Shown here: one piece after another, positions 34,671 to 48,546 of the stretch
Position numbering within the stretch: the first letter of the stretch is position 1
How the letters are laid out: the number at the start of each line of letters is the position of its first letter
From: Vairimorpha necatrix
Lineage: Eukaryota
Assembly (NCBI GenBank): GCA_036630325.1
Contig: CP142737.1
Span: forward strand, 496,001 to 560,000
Direction: 5' to 3'
Length of the DNA: 64,000 nucleotides
The notes under the pieces: generated by a model
The model's input: the letters and a program-made list of their open reading frames with translations, nothing else
The model's database searches: none
Told to the model about the DNA's origin: nothing
Position numbers and translations under genes: made by a program

Positions 34671-35850
34671 GGCTAATATCAGCATCTGTGTAAAAAAACT
34701 GGGGGGTCAAAATTTTTAAAAAATTACTCCTTTTTTTAAAAAACGAAGGGAATGATGAGCAATGAGGAAATTGAAGATTTTTATATATCTTTAACAAATA
34801 AGAAATACAATCAGAAATGTATTAAATGTGGTTGGGATACAGCTATTGTATCAAATAAAACTGCTTACTTGAGGTGTAAGTCTTCAAATTGCAAACAAAG
34901 ATTTTCAATTTGGAAAAATTCTTTTTTTGAAAACACTAGACTAGAACATTTACTGATGTTAAAAATAGTAAATTTGTGGATATTAGGAATTAAAATTGTT
35001 GGAATGAAAACATGGGTTTATTTATTATAAAATATTTAAGAAACAACATGTCAAATATATCAAAACAAAGACACAATATATTTGACATTTGTGGCACTTC
35101 CTACAAAAATAATTCTTATATCAAAGATTTTGGAATATAATGTACAAAATGTAAGTTACACCCTAGATAAATTATATAAATTAAAAATTTATGATAAGTA
35201 TTTGAACAAGCTGAAGCAGATAGGCGGACAAGATATCATTGTAGAAATAGATGAAAATAAAATTGGCAAAAGTAAGCATCATAGGGGAAGATTAGTTAAG
35301 GGGGTTTGGTGTTTCGGTATGGTGGAACGAACCGAAGCAAAGAAGATTGTATTCTTAATTATAAAGAAAAGAGACAGAGATACATTATTTCCAATCATGT
35401 TTAAGCATATAAATTTTGAAACCGTAATTCATTCGGATATGTGGAGGCGTATGCAACGTTAAAAAATCATTATGCGGACCATGGGACTGTGAATCACAGT
35501 CAAACTTTTAGAGACAGAGAGACAGGTGTGCATACAAACACCATAGAAGGGAATTGGAGGCCTTTAAAAGCCTCTATACCTAATAGGTGTAGGACTTATG
35601 AACTTGCTGAAATATATTTAGTTCTATATATGATTAAAACTAATGAGAGCGAAGACATCTTCAAAGCATTATTAAAATTATGTTTTTGATATATTTTATT
35701 TATTTTAAAGTTAATTTTTATGCATTTTTATATCTTAATTACATTTTTTGTTTTTCTGAAGTTTCCTCTTTCCTTCGTTTTTTTAAAAAAGGGGCAATTT
35801 TTTAAAAATTTTGACCCCCCAGTTTTTTTACACAGATGCTGATTTTAGCC
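34671..35850 (+). mobile_element. Merlin transposon nested in M-I
   Basis: TIR GGCTAA.ATCAGCATCTGTGTAAAAAAACTGGGGG; imperfect A-rich TSD; IDEN, SDMW, HTNTIEG. Confidence 0.88.
34997..35105. mobile_element. 109-bp solo LTR-like insertion
   Basis: TGTTGGAA...TTCCTACA; TSD AAAAT; removing it restores the transposase frame (LGIKIILI). Confidence 0.7.
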
Positions 35851-36038
35851 AAAAAAATTTTTTTCAAAGCAAGACTGCCATGGTTGATAATATGCAAGGT
35901 GATTTTTTTATTTTTAATATTACTCCTTCATATACTATAAAAAAATTTTTGTCTATAAGTAACAAAACAATTAATACTATCATTAGTAAAGTTAGTAAGA
36001 ATGTTACCGGCAATAAGAAGATTGGAGGAACAGATATT

Positions 36039-37055
36039 GGCTAAAGTTCACTTAGACACGCAAAAATCGATATAGGCTTTTTTTGTTTTTTTTTTGCCCC
36101 TTTTTCAAAAAGGAGGAGAGAAAATGTTAAGGAAGGAACAAAAAAACAAGTAGAATAAAAATTTTAATAATTCATCAAAGACGGAACCCGAGGAATTTCT
36201 AAGGAGCATATACCTTAACAAATAAATTTTAGCGCTATTTGCTGACCTATTTCTATTGGGTATAGAATTTTTGAGGGAACGCCAATTACCTTCTATAGTA
36301 TTGGTATGAACTCACGTATTTGGTTTTTGAAATGCAATGAGTGATTAACCATGTGGTGTTCATTGAATATTGTATTCAAAGAATGGTAAGCCTCCACATA
36401 TCGCTATATATAGTACTTTTCGTACTTACATATTTCACTAAAAGATTAGTAAGCGTTTCTTTATTTCGTTTTTTAATATATAGTATTATGATTTTTCGTT
36501 CGATGGTACGTTCGACCATGCCAAAACACCAGAAGCCCTTCACTAATTTACCTCTATGGTTTTTATTCTTTCCAACTTTTGTCTCATCAATTTCAACTAT
36601 TATACCTTCTCCACTCATAATACTTAGAGAAGATAAATACTTGTCGTAAATGTTCATTTCTTTTATTTTTTTTTAATAATAATGTTATGTGTTTTTTTGG
36701 ACAACCTAAAATTTGAGAGATATGCTTTCGAGAATAACCAAGAACCCACATATTAGGTATCTGCATACATGATATATGGTTGAGTTTACAATTATCGAAG
36801 AACGTATCATGCCAGATGGAAATCGATTTTTTACAACCTTTCCAAGTACATTTTAAGTTATAACTGCTTTTTCTTTCTTTCCTCATTCTATTAGAACATA
36901 TATCACAAGATTGATCTTGTAATTTGATTATTAAATTATTATATTTGATTTCAATTTCTTCTCTTGTATGAATTCTCTCCTCCATTTTTGAAAAAAGGGG
37001 CAAAAAAACAAAAAAAGCCTATATCGATTTTTGCGTGTCTAAGTGAACTTTAGCC
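36039..37055 (-). mobile_element. Merlin transposon nested in M-I
   Basis: TIR GGCTAAAGTTCACTTAGACACGCAAAAATCG; TSD CAGATATT/CAGGTATT; IDETKVG, YSDMW. Confidence 0.9.
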
Positions 37056-37575
37056 CAGGTATTATAGTTGAGATAGATGAAACAAAATTCGGGAAAAGAA
37101 AATACAATAAAGGGCACAAAGTTGACTGAGTCGGGTACTTGGAATGGTCGAAAGGACAATTGAAAGGGGGATAGTCTTAATTCAAGTAAAAAATAGGAAG
37201 GCTGAAATTTTGGAAGATCTAATCAAAGAGTACGTACTACCTGGTTCCATAATATTTACAGATTGTTGGAAAGGATACGTAAATTCAAATAAAATAGGAA
37301 TCCACGAACACTATACAGTATACCATTCAATCGGTTTCGTAAATCCAACGAATGGAGTACACACCAATACAATCGAAAGAACTTGGTCTGCAGTAAAAAG
37401 AGTAGTATCAGTTCGAAATCGAACAGTTAAAGATATAAAACGCTTTTAAATATGTTTGCATTTAGAAGAAATAACACTAATAACCCAGCAGAAATCTTAT
37501 TAAACAAAATTTTTAATTAAATATATGTGTTTAAATATAAATTAAAAACATTTTATGTTTTTATTTAGTATTTTT

Positions 37576-39189
37576 GGCCAAAGATGCTAATAAACCCCCC
37601 TCTGAGGGTGTTCACTTTATATTTTCGACCCCCAAAATTGAAGTGCAAAAAAAGGAGGAGCAAAACATAGACAAAAATTACTAAGCACTTATGATGGTTA
37701 TAATAAGAAATAAATATATTTCAAGTTAGAATTTGAATTTAAACAAAAATATATTTAATTGGAGGGTTTTTTTAATAATATTTTAAAAGTATTTTCGGGG
37801 TGAGTTCTTTTAAAAACAAATAGGTTTAACCAAGGAACTATGAGTTTTTTGATCCTATATCTAACCGGGATTTCATTTTTGACTGCTGCCCAAGTTCCTT
37901 CAATGTGATTAGTATGCACATCTGTCTCATAATCTATAAATCTTTAGAATGGTTTACAGTCAAATGTTGATAATTTTCCAACTTGGGGAGATTTATGTAT
38001 CCTTTCCAACAGTCTATATAAATAAAGCTATCGGGTTTCACATATTTAAGAGTTGACTTTCTAGTGTAACAGCCTTTCTGTTATCAATTTCCAAAATACT
38101 ATTTTGGGGGTGGTTTTTCGACCATCCCAAGAACCCAAACTCCATCGACTTTATGCACTTTGTGGTTTTTTCTTTTCCCAAACTTAGATTCGTCCATTTC
38201 TACTATAATGTCTGTACCACCAATCATATCATTGCTTTCTAGGTCTTTTGCAATGTCTTTTATTGCTCTATAGATCGCCTTTTTACTTATAGATAGTAGT
38301 TTTATTATTAATTTAGCCGAAGTGTTATTTAAAATAAATAGATCGTCTGGCTTATTTGTAACCAGGTTAATTTTGTGGCAAAAAGGCTTTTTATTTATTA
38401 AAGTCATTTCTAACCTACATCTTTTGTACCACATTTTACTGTATTTTGTTGATTCTTTATCCGTTTCATACTACCAAAACATTTTGGACAAAATCTTGTC
38501 TTTATGCATAAATCTATGCAATTAGAAAGTATTTTTTCTATGTATTTGTATTTTTCTTCTGACATTTCAATGAGAATAAGGGTAAGAAATCATGTTATTT
38601 AATTAAATTAAGAAAATTTTAAATGTTGAAAAATAACAAAAAAAGATGAAGATAATGTATTTTTTTTTAAATTAAAATTCTATGCTTAAAAATATATTTG
38701 GCGTGTTTACCGTGGAGCTTGCCTGCAGCAAGGAAGCATTCAATGATGCTACGGTTTGGATTGCCGCGAAAACCGGAGTTAAAAGAGTTAGAGGGAAAGG
38801 ATTGTTTATTGTTATGAAAATTTTTTGGTTTATATGATTTGTAGAATGAAGAGTGTTTGATTGCGTTCTGATGTTGTACCATGTTGTTCATGGAATTTCT
38901 CTATTTATATTACATAGTAACTAATAGAAAGAAATAAGTTTTGACTGACTAATAATAGTCGACCATAACTGATCGTTCCGAAAAAGCATCAGCGTTTAAG
39001 TATTTATTGGTTTTTATAAATCATGTGGTATGATCCATTATACCACAATATTTATTTCTTATTATAACCATCATAAGTGCTTAGTAATTTTTGTCTATGT
39101 TTTGCCCCTCCTTTTTTTGCACTTCAATTTTGGGGTTCGAAAAAAAATCGTAGCGCCTCAAATGCGGGGGCTGTAAGTTCTCTTTGGCC
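37576..39189 (-). mobile_element. Merlin M-II
   Basis: Ends GGCCAAAGA/TCTTTGGCC; ~95-bp subterminal IR (37624-37718 vs 39048-39141); MDESKFG motif. Confidence 0.85.
38699..39047 (-). mobile_element. Solo LTR of the G4 family
   Basis: Homologous to 19961-20309; TSD ATATT. Confidence 0.92.
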
Positions 39190-42100
39190 AAAGTATTTTA
39201 AACAAAAAAGCATTTCAAGCAGACAAGCAGAATCCAGCCTCACATTGGCGATAACGACCAAAATTTGAAAAACCACTACGAAGAAGAAGATATAGTGAAG
39301 CACCTAAGAAAATTACTAATATCTAATATATGGAAGTCTTTCGAAGATAGAAAAAAACGAAAATGCAAAGAAATTCCTACAACAGTTCACCGATGTGGAA
39401 GACGAGTGGACTTCTGAAAATCTAGTAAAGAAACCTAAATCACTCTTAAATTTAAGGCGGAGAAGTGGTTCAATTTTCAAGAGACTACTGGCCTGACAGA
39501 ATTCTCTGATTTCAAGAAGAGATTTAAAAAGAAGTACTACATAGAGCAGGAGATAGAAGAAAAAGACGAGGTGTTCTACTCATTATTAAAATAAAGATTA
39601 TCTTTCCAAGACATAGTAAGTTATACTTATGATCTGGGGACAAACGCTGAGGGAAACGAATTCTTCCTGAACAAAGCGAAGAAAAAACTTAAATTGTTGA
39701 TACCTGAGTACTCAACCTATAAATTATCAGCCCTGGATACATGGGAAGACCTAATTGAATTCGCAGAAGGCGAAGATTCGCAATAAACAGAGAGTTACGA
39801 AAATTTTTATGCCAAAATATAAATGAAGAAAAAAGATATAACGACTTAAGGAGACTCGTAAAGAAAGATACACAGTCCCCAACAGAAAGAATACTATCGA
39901 TATCAGCCCCTATAAAAAACTCTAGGGACTGTAGACCACGCGCAAACCTAACTACAGAGAAGTATGAGTTAGTAGCATTAATAGATACCGGGACTGAGGT
40001 CTCACTTATGAAGGAAAGCGTAGCAAAGAAACTAGGTCTTTAAATAAAAAGAAATGAAGCAGCAGTTAAAGGAAAAAAACAGGGAAAACCAAAACAAGTG
40101 GTGAATGCAATGTCGACATTGATTATAACGGTGTAAAGACGACAATAAAATGCTTGCTGATGAAAGACATGGAAGAAGACATGATCCTAGGAGTGGTCGA
40201 GATAAGAAAACTTAAACTCGGCAGCATGATAGATAACTTAGAAAATGAGAGTAATAAAGAAGAAGTGCAAATTTCAACAGTACATACATAAAAGAAGGAA
40301 AAATCTATGATAGAAAAGGAAATTTTTATAAAAGCTACGGAAAATGGATGCAATTTAAGTTACGAACAACAGAATACGCCAAGAAAGATTATCAGGGATA
40401 ATAAAATTATTTTTACAGACAGTAACACGGATAGGTGCTTAGACATACAGCATGCTATCGAACTAACACAAACACCTCAGTTCATATCACCTGCTAAATA
40501 TCGGAGATCGCCAGAAGAAAATGAAATAATCAAGGAAGAGATCAATAAGTTTTTGAACATAGGACTAATAGAGGAGTCAGATAGCAATTATCTATTGCCA
40601 GTAGTACTGATCAAGAAAAAGAACGGCGAGATAAGGTTCTGCATAGACTGTAGAAAATTAAAAAACAGTACAGCAGGACTGCCCAATTCCCAGTGTAGAC
40701 GAAATAATTGAGGAGCTGTCAAGCGCGAAATACTTTACAGCATTGGATTGCGAGTCGGGGTACCACCAAGTCACGGTCAGAGAGAATGATAGATATAAAA
40801 CGGCGTTTTGGACGAGAAATGGAATCTACCAATGGAAGAAAATGCCCTTCGGGCTTATCAATGCACCCTTCACTTCCAAAAGATAATAAATAGATATTTT
40901 AATATGTACTTGTATAAGTTCATAATGGTGTATTTAGATGATATCCTTATATACTCGAGGACAATAGATGAACATTTAGTTCATATGAGAATTACATTTG
41001 AAATAATAAAGAAAATGGGATTTAAGCTAACAAAGATAAGTGCGAGATTCTGAAGGAGAAGATAAATTTTTTAGGTTACGACGTTGAAGACGGAAAGATG
41101 ACCATCCCGGTAAAACAAAAAATGAAAGTTATGGCATAGAGATTCCCAGAGACTAAGACGGAGATGAAGAGTTTTATGGGATTCACACAGTACTTTATCA
41201 AGTTTATAAAGAATTATTCGTTAAAAATGTATCCTTATACGACACCATTAAAGGTGGAAGAACAAAGAAATTTGAATTGAATGAGAACCAAAAAGAGGCC
41301 TTTAGACAGGTCCAGCAAGATATTAACGAAGCTTCAGAAATAACACTTCCAAACTTCACCAAGCGTTTTTTATATATATATATGCAGATGCATCTAACCA
41401 GAATCTTGGTTGTGCCTTCTGTCAGGAAGAAGGCGAAACAATGATGCCTGTAATGTACTTATCAAGAAGATTAAACTCCTCAGAAGTAAACTACACAATC
41501 ACAGAGAAAGAGTGTTTGGCCATAATATGGGCCATCAAAAAATTCAAAGTATATCTAATTATAGAGTTTACTATACGCACTGATCACCAAGCTCTTAAAT
41601 GGCTACTGAGGAAAAAAGAAACCACAGGAAGAATAATGAGGTGGATTAATACGCTTCAGGAACTTAAGTACACTATTGAGAGTATAAAAGGTAAAGATAA
41701 CATAGTAGCAGACGCTCTAAGTAGAATGGCGGCATCGATGACAACTAAGAAAGAGGAAGAGGACATTACTCAAACAGAATATAGCAAGGCCCAGAGAGAA
41801 GAGTTTATTCAACGTAACCATTGTGAAAATGGTCACGGGTCAGTCGAGGCTACTTATATACTAATCCTAAGAGAAGCAAAATGGAAGGGAATGTATGGCG
41901 AAATATCCAAATACATAAAATCATGTGACATCTGCAATAGATACAGCAAAGGTCCGAGGCGACTACAAAAATACAGGAATAACTTTAACAAACCCATTTG
42001 ACATGGTAGGAATTGATATTGTTAGACCGCTACCAAGAACAATGAATGGAAATAGATTTATAGTAGTAGCAACAGATCATACTACGCGATGGGCCATGGC

Positions 42101-43182
42101 AAGAGCCATAAAGTCGAAAACAGCCAAGAATGTGGCGCTTTCTATAATTGAAGAAATTTTTTGCTTACATGAACCCCCGAACAGTTATTATCTGATCAAG
42201 GTTGTGAATTCTTAAACAGAATAATAAAAGCGATATGTGGTATAATGAACACTAAGAAAAACTATACGTCGGCGAACAAGCCCAAATGTAACGGCACACC
42301 AGAGCGACTTAATCAGACGTTGATACAAAATTTAGCAAAGCTTGTAAACCAAAGGTGGAATGAATGGGACGACTTTTTACCATTTGCATTATATGCGTGT
42401 AGGATAAGTCCTAGGAAAAGCACAAAGCAAGCTCCGTTCGAATTAATTTACGGAAGAAAACCAAATAGGATGAATGAGGAAGCATGCACTGTTCAACACG
42501 AAGAAAATATGCTGATTTTTGAAAGATTAAATTACTTACGAGAATGATGAACGAAGAGGAGAAAGAAATCAGGAAAAAAGATATCGAAGCAGTCGACGCT
42601 AGAACAGCAACAGACACCTTAAAGGTTGGCACCTTTGTAAGAAGAAAGAATCTACAAGTTTACAGACGTAGTAAATTGAACGAAATGTTTAAGAACATCT
42701 ACAAAATTGTCAAAAACAAAGGACATGGAAGCTATATGATTGAGGACCTTCAGGAGAAAACCTCTACAGTAAATGAAAAGCAATAATTCCAATTGAACAC
42801 TCGGATCCAGATGAATGGATCCCTTTAAAGGAAGGGGAGATGCCAGGGGACAAGCCCGGGTGCATACTGAGACTTGCCCTGTAAAGGAATGAAGTGTGTT
42901 TTGCCAGGTCATTGGAGAGGCCAACACATTAATTGAGAAATGACGGAGAAATATGAAAGGGCCTAGTTATGTGGTTAGGACCCAAATTGCCATGTTTGGT
43001 CAACTGTACTTTTGTTGCCAAACATGTCAAAACTGTAATTCTCAAATATTTAAGCAAAGTCACCCCTGAAGGGATGGAACTAAGGTAAGAAAAGGAGATG
43101 GAAAACTCCAAACCAATAAGTAACAATAAAAGTATTTTATAATAAAAGCATTTAAAACAGGCAAACAGAAGCCAGCCTCACA

Positions 43183-45189
43183 GTGACTATGAGTGACACT
43201 AGGGGTATTGTTCTACTTCCCTCGCTGACCAAAGTTATCGCAAAGATTGCTGCTCGCAGGATTAATTGTATCGTTGAGGAGCACGGGCTCCTGGCTAAAG
43301 AACAAGCTGGGTTTAGAACGTTGGAGGATTGTACGGCTCAAGTAGATCTTTGTATGAGGAAGTGAAAAGGCGAAGTATTAGAGGACAACAGACTTACCTG
43401 GCTTTTATCGCATATGCAAAAGCATACGACAAGGTTCCTCAGGAAGCGCTTTTAAGGAAACTGGAGTGTATAAGAATAGGAGAACATCTTCTTGATGTTA
43501 GGGCCCTATACAAAGACCCACGGATGTGTGTTAGAGTTGGCTCATCTACATCACCCATTGTCAATTACCATTGTTGTGTAAGACAGGGATGTCCCGCCTC
43601 ACCCATCCTTTCGGCCTATTCATTAATGACCTACTTCTGGGCATTGAAGGAGTTACTATTCTTGGTGTTGATAGCACCATCGGCGGACTACTGTTTGCAG
43701 ATGACGCGGTTATAATGGCAGAAAGTGAATCTGCGCTGCGGAGGAACTAAAAATCCTGTCAAGCTGGAGTGAGAAACATGAGATGAGTGTAAACGCATCG
43801 AAATCGGTATCATGGCGATAAGAACAACTGAGCAAATCGAAGCAGGTGGCTCCGAGTCAATTCTACCTAATAAGAAAGTCAAGAGGGAACCTAATGAACC
43901 GGAATCATTCGAGATAATGGAGAATGAAGTTCCAATAATAACAGAGTATGTCTATCTAGGTATTTGATTTATACCGGACCTTTGCCTTAAGTCTATGATA
44001 AAAAATTGTGAATCTAAGGGGAAAAGGCATTTGGAGCTATGTACTATCTTTTATCTAGGAAAGACATGCCCGTGTTCGTAAAGACACTAGCACTGAAGGT
44101 CAAGATACAGGCTATTCTTACCTTCGGAGCTGAAGTATGGGGAACGTCGACCGCCAGGTGTAAAGGAATTCAGAGAATAACGAATGAGCATGCAGAATCA
44201 TCGTTGGTGGGGGGTTAAAATGCATCAATGGATAGAATTCGATCCGAGTTATGAGTAAAATCAGTTGCGAATATTGCGGCTGTTAAGCGAGCTAGAGCTG
44301 TAGCGAAATGGCCGGGCTGTAAGACATGGATTTCTACCTTGTCGAACAGCCACTTTCGGTCGCGAGAGCGGACATGGGTAAGTGGTAACATCAAATGGAT
44401 TAAACGTTACGCTGGATAGGAAATTGTGCAGGCGCTGATAACTACCATAATCGATGATGTTTTCGCTTCGAGAGAAGTGGAATCAAGAACCAAGATTGGC
44501 ACTTGGGCTGCAGAATATAGATTGTCAGCTAAGCCCGTCTGGATTAAGTTGGGTAGCCTGTATCTAGAACTATAAAGTGGGTGCTTAGTGATTGGACGAA
44601 TGCGAAGTGGAACCTTCAATTTCGTTAGAAACCTTGTCAATAAGCGCATCCTGGGGAACCAATACCGATTATTCTGCCCATTTTGTAACAATTCAGATGA
44701 AGAGACGACAGAACACCTATTCTTTTACTGACAGAGATGGGAAGAGTATCGGGGCCACTATTTTCTATGGTGGTCTACTGGGGCTAGCCAGTACATAAAA
44801 AAAAAAATAGAATGTCGATGGTGTTGCAAGCACTGTTGCGCATACTCCTGGGAGAGGAGGCTGGAAGTGATGAACTCGTATGTCTATATACGAACTTCGG
44901 GAACTCTGCGATTATTGAGCAATCTAGTACTGACTCTTTTGTAGTATCGGCTGCGAGATTTCTGCAGAGAATTATTCCTCTGAGGAAAGGTATTATCCGC
45001 AGGATAATATCTGTTGGCGAAGAGTCTCCTAAGTTCAAAGCTCAATGAGTACGGTGAAGCTTGTTGCACCATAGTCTAAGAGGGCGAGGTTTTAGTGAGT
45101 TCGAGTCTCACAGTATCAACCAATCTTTCAGTCTCACTGATTGATGTTGTTCTGCGCGGGCATTTCCCCATCCTTTGACACAAAAAAAA
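43183..45189 (+). mobile_element. LINE-B, decayed non-LTR retrotransposon 3' half (RT + Cys domain, A tail)
   Basis: RGIVLL, EQAGFR, AKAYDKV, RQGCPASP, LFADD, YLG, CPFC..EHLF; ends CAAAAAAAA. Confidence 0.85.
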
Positions 45190-45640
45190 TGATGTTTTTT
45201 AACTAGGTGCAAATATCTAAGGCTTACCAACCTTCGACTGCTGGTTGATAAGTAGGGTCAGATATACTCTAGGGGTGGGAGACCCATTGCTGGTGAGAAG
45301 GACACCGTTAACTTTCGAGTAATTCTTCATATTTTTAACATAAGAGAGGTTGGGCATGCTACTGAAGCTGTATTGTTCCGCTGAACTGAGTCGTGTTCTT
45401 AGATGGTGTATTGAAACAAGTATTTTGTAATCGTCAGGTCTGCGAAATATGTAGATAGAGTTGACTAAGGATCTCTTAATTACTGGAACAAAGTTTTCTC
45501 CTACAAGCGAGGCCGCCAAGGTATGCTGGCTTGTAAACGCAATTATTGATGTGTTTTTTTATTGGTGGAGTTTTTGGTGGCTAGGTGTCTTTTCTCCGTT
45601 TTGCTGATTCTGTCTTTTTACAATAAACAATTTTATTTTT
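45190..45640 (+). mobile_element. Diverged third SIDE/SINE-like copy; only the 3' part of the ribozyme remains
   Basis: Colinear with 1890-2349 from GATGTTTTTTAACTAGGTGCA onward. Confidence 0.8.
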
Positions 45641-45647
45641 ATTTCTA

Positions 45648-45869
45648 TAAGACCCTTGAAAGTGGGTCTCTAATCATATCATGACTAAAGATTTGTTCCT
45701 ATGGGAACAAACATTTCTCCTACAAGCGAGGCCGTTAAGGTATGCTGACGTGCAAACGCAATTATTACGGTTTTTCTTTATTGGTTGAGTGTTTGGTGGC
45801 TTGGATGCTTTTCTTCGTTTTGCTAATATTATCTTTTTACAATAAACAATTTTATTTATTTTTTTTATT
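45648..45869 (+). mobile_element. LINE-A 3' UTR fragment
   Basis: Carries the LINE-type variant AGACCC.TGAAAGTGGGTCT and the T-rich tail. Confidence 0.8.
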
Positions 45870-47462
45870 ATCTCATCTAGTAAAAAAATAGAGATTAGAA
45901 CAGCCTCAGTCAAACCAATATACCAAAATACGATTCTGAATGAAGGGGGGACTTACAACTTTAAAGATCATATTCACAAGTGGAATACTATTTGTATAAA
46001 TTAATAAAATATTTATATGAAGGTTTAAGCGAAACAAAGCAGGAGCGAGCACAGTATATCAAAAAGTGACCACTTTGATGGCCAAAACAACAAGTTAGAT
46101 GCAGAATTGAATTAAAAGAACTTATTAAGCATGTTTATACTGATGATGGCAGCTCTAGCGTTACTTTCAAAAAAGATGGAGAAATAAAATATTTTTTTAA
46201 AAAAATTTGTAAAAATGATTTTTTTGACATGTCAAAAAATAAAAGTAGAGAAGATCTTAATGATCTTAAAAAGTTTATATCTAGTACTACTGAATTAGCA
46301 ACAATTCAGCAGACATATCTGGAGCTCTTCCCCGATAAGCTAGAAAACCAAAATATCAAATTAAAAAATTTGATTAAAAATAATCTGATGGATGACAGTA
46401 ATCAAATTACTAAAGCATCAAAGAACAATATTTAGATGATGATAGAGAATCACTCGAAATATGTAGAACAAAAGGAAATTAACTCCAATGTTCCAAATGT
46501 CACCAGTAGCGAAACCCTTCAGTTAGCTACTGGAAACAATGATATTTCTAGATTAGAAATCATCAATAAAGATGTTTTAAATAATGTCAAAAATCTCGAC
46601 TCTGCTGTCAAAGCAGAAGAAGATAAATTGTCAGAAGATGGCAAAAGATATGTATAGTTGCATCAAAGGCATCTACAAATATCATAATTAATAAAAATAT
46701 TAAACCAAAGAATGTTAAGCTAGATATGGCTTCTATTAATAAAAAAGCAGTAGTTAGACATCTGTCAACTATCTCTGCTATTATAGCTGGTAAAAGAAAG
46801 GCTCCTAAGAATGAAGTCAAACTTTACTATATAAATGAAGATGGATGGACGTCTGTCAAACACACTTTCAAGCCTAAAGTCCAGTTAGACTAGAAGAAAC
46901 ATAGAAGTGGTAAAACTACAAATAAAACCAACTTTAATAGATTTAAAGCACTTAAAGTAGAAACCGGCGGCAATGTAAAAGTGCCCCAAAATACTATTCA
47001 TGAGGTTTTTACCAAAAAAAGATCATGAAAAAAGAAGATTACAAAATTGTAAAATAAATTTTAACCCTAAAATGGAGAACAGAAAACGTGAGAGATCTCA
47101 GCAAAAGAAAGGCCCAGTTTTGCAACGTAGAAACTGGGCAAAAGAGCTATCTGAAGAAGCTCTAATGAATATAATAAAGGTTGCATATACATTTCCAAAT
47201 GCAAATTCAAGCTAGCTCTTGCGTCTGGGCTTGGGCTAGAGGGGAACCCATAATCTAGAGACGCCTGGGCAGCGATTGCTGTAGTGGAAAGTATAGATTT
47301 CCCCTGATAAAACAATTTAAAGATTCGGAAGTAGTACTTCTATAATAAGAGAAACTGTGCGCTTAAAAGGGCATGGAAAAAATAAAGAGAAGTTTGTAGG
47401 TGCTGATTTCTGTGATGAAGAAGTTTCCTTCGCTAACTTTTAATCTTTAAATAAGTCAATTG
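45870..47462 (+). mobile_element. LINE-A copy 4, 5' region and decayed ORF1 (ATG ~46017), truncated at a Merlin
   Basis: Colinear with ORF1 of copies 2 and 3 but lacking their insertions. Confidence 0.85.
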
Positions 47463-48546
47463 GGTTAAGTTGCGATGTTCCCCCAACCCCGCCCCCCAAA
47501 AAATAAAAAAAAAAGACAAAAAATAAATTTATTCAATTAATACAAAATCAAATTCAGGGGCTAAATCGTAATTTAAAAACCATATATTTTGAACTTCAAA
47601 AAAGCATAACATTCTTTCAAGTAGTGATTCTCTATAAATTAACTTAAAACGAGCTATATAAAGTTTTCGAACGAGATTCATTATAGAACCATGGCTTGTT
47701 CCTTCTTTGCGCAATTCCCTTATATTACAAACCACATTCCCTCAATTGTTTGGGTGTGGGCGCCTGTTGTTGGATTTACAAAATTTTGGCTATGATTTAC
47801 AGTTAAATTTTAATAGTTATAATCCGGACATAGTTAACAAAACCCCGCCAACAATCAGTAATAATTGTAGATCCAGGTGCGATTTTCCGTTTTATTAAAT
47901 CGACAAGAGTAGTTCTTGATCGATTTTCAACAATTTCGAAAAAAAGAATTGCTGTTTCTTCGTACGACTCCACCAACGGCCCAAACTTGGTATTGAATGA
48001 TTCTACCGTTATGGTTTTTACTTTTAAAGCAAATTCTCGTCTATTTCAACTACGCAATTTAAACCTCCTATGGTTTTGTTTTGAAGGAGTTGAAATAGGA
48101 TAAGAATACAGAGTTATTAAAACGCGTAAACCAGCTAGATACGGTACTACTGTCTAAATTCAATTCGATAGTAGCCGAAACATTGCTTACACCTTTAACC
48201 CATTCACACAGCAAAATTAAAGATCTTCGATATCTAATCTATAACTTTTAAAAATGCTTTCTTTGTAAATGTTACCTTTGTTTGAGCATTTTCTTCCATT
48301 TCGTCGTAAGTAATAACGATATTTGTCCAAATTATTTCTTATTTTGGTCATGGGCGTCATGCACTTATTGCACATTAGTACCTTAAATATATTTTTTTCA
48401 AGAAGTAATAAAAATAATTCCTCTATTTTATATATTAATTTTCTAAAATTCTTTATGTTCATTTTAGGGGCATAATTTTATTCCTTTTTTATTTTTCCCC
48501 TTTTTTTATTTTTTGGGGGTGGGGGTTGTAACATCGCAATTTAACC
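47463..48546 (-). mobile_element. Merlin transposon (25130 family), decayed, no TSD
   Basis: TIRs GGTTAA.TTGCGATGTT; homologous to 25130-26319. Confidence 0.88.

Larger units (their letters stand above)
34251..37575 (+). mobile_element. Merlin M-I (right TIR truncated), interrupted by two Merlins
   Basis: Transposase pieces 34493-34670, 35851-36038 and 37056-37520 (IDETKFG, TDCWKGY, HTNTIE). Confidence 0.8.
33967..43182 (+). mobile_element. Ty3/gypsy element G6 (different lineage, old, frameshifted; tRNA-type PBS)
   Basis: Diverged LTRs at 33967-34250+39190-39244 and 42841-43182; PBS-like TGGCGATAACG at 39246; LIDTG, RFCID, YLDD, TDHQAL, integrase; PPT 42827-42840; TSD not clear. Confidence 0.85.
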
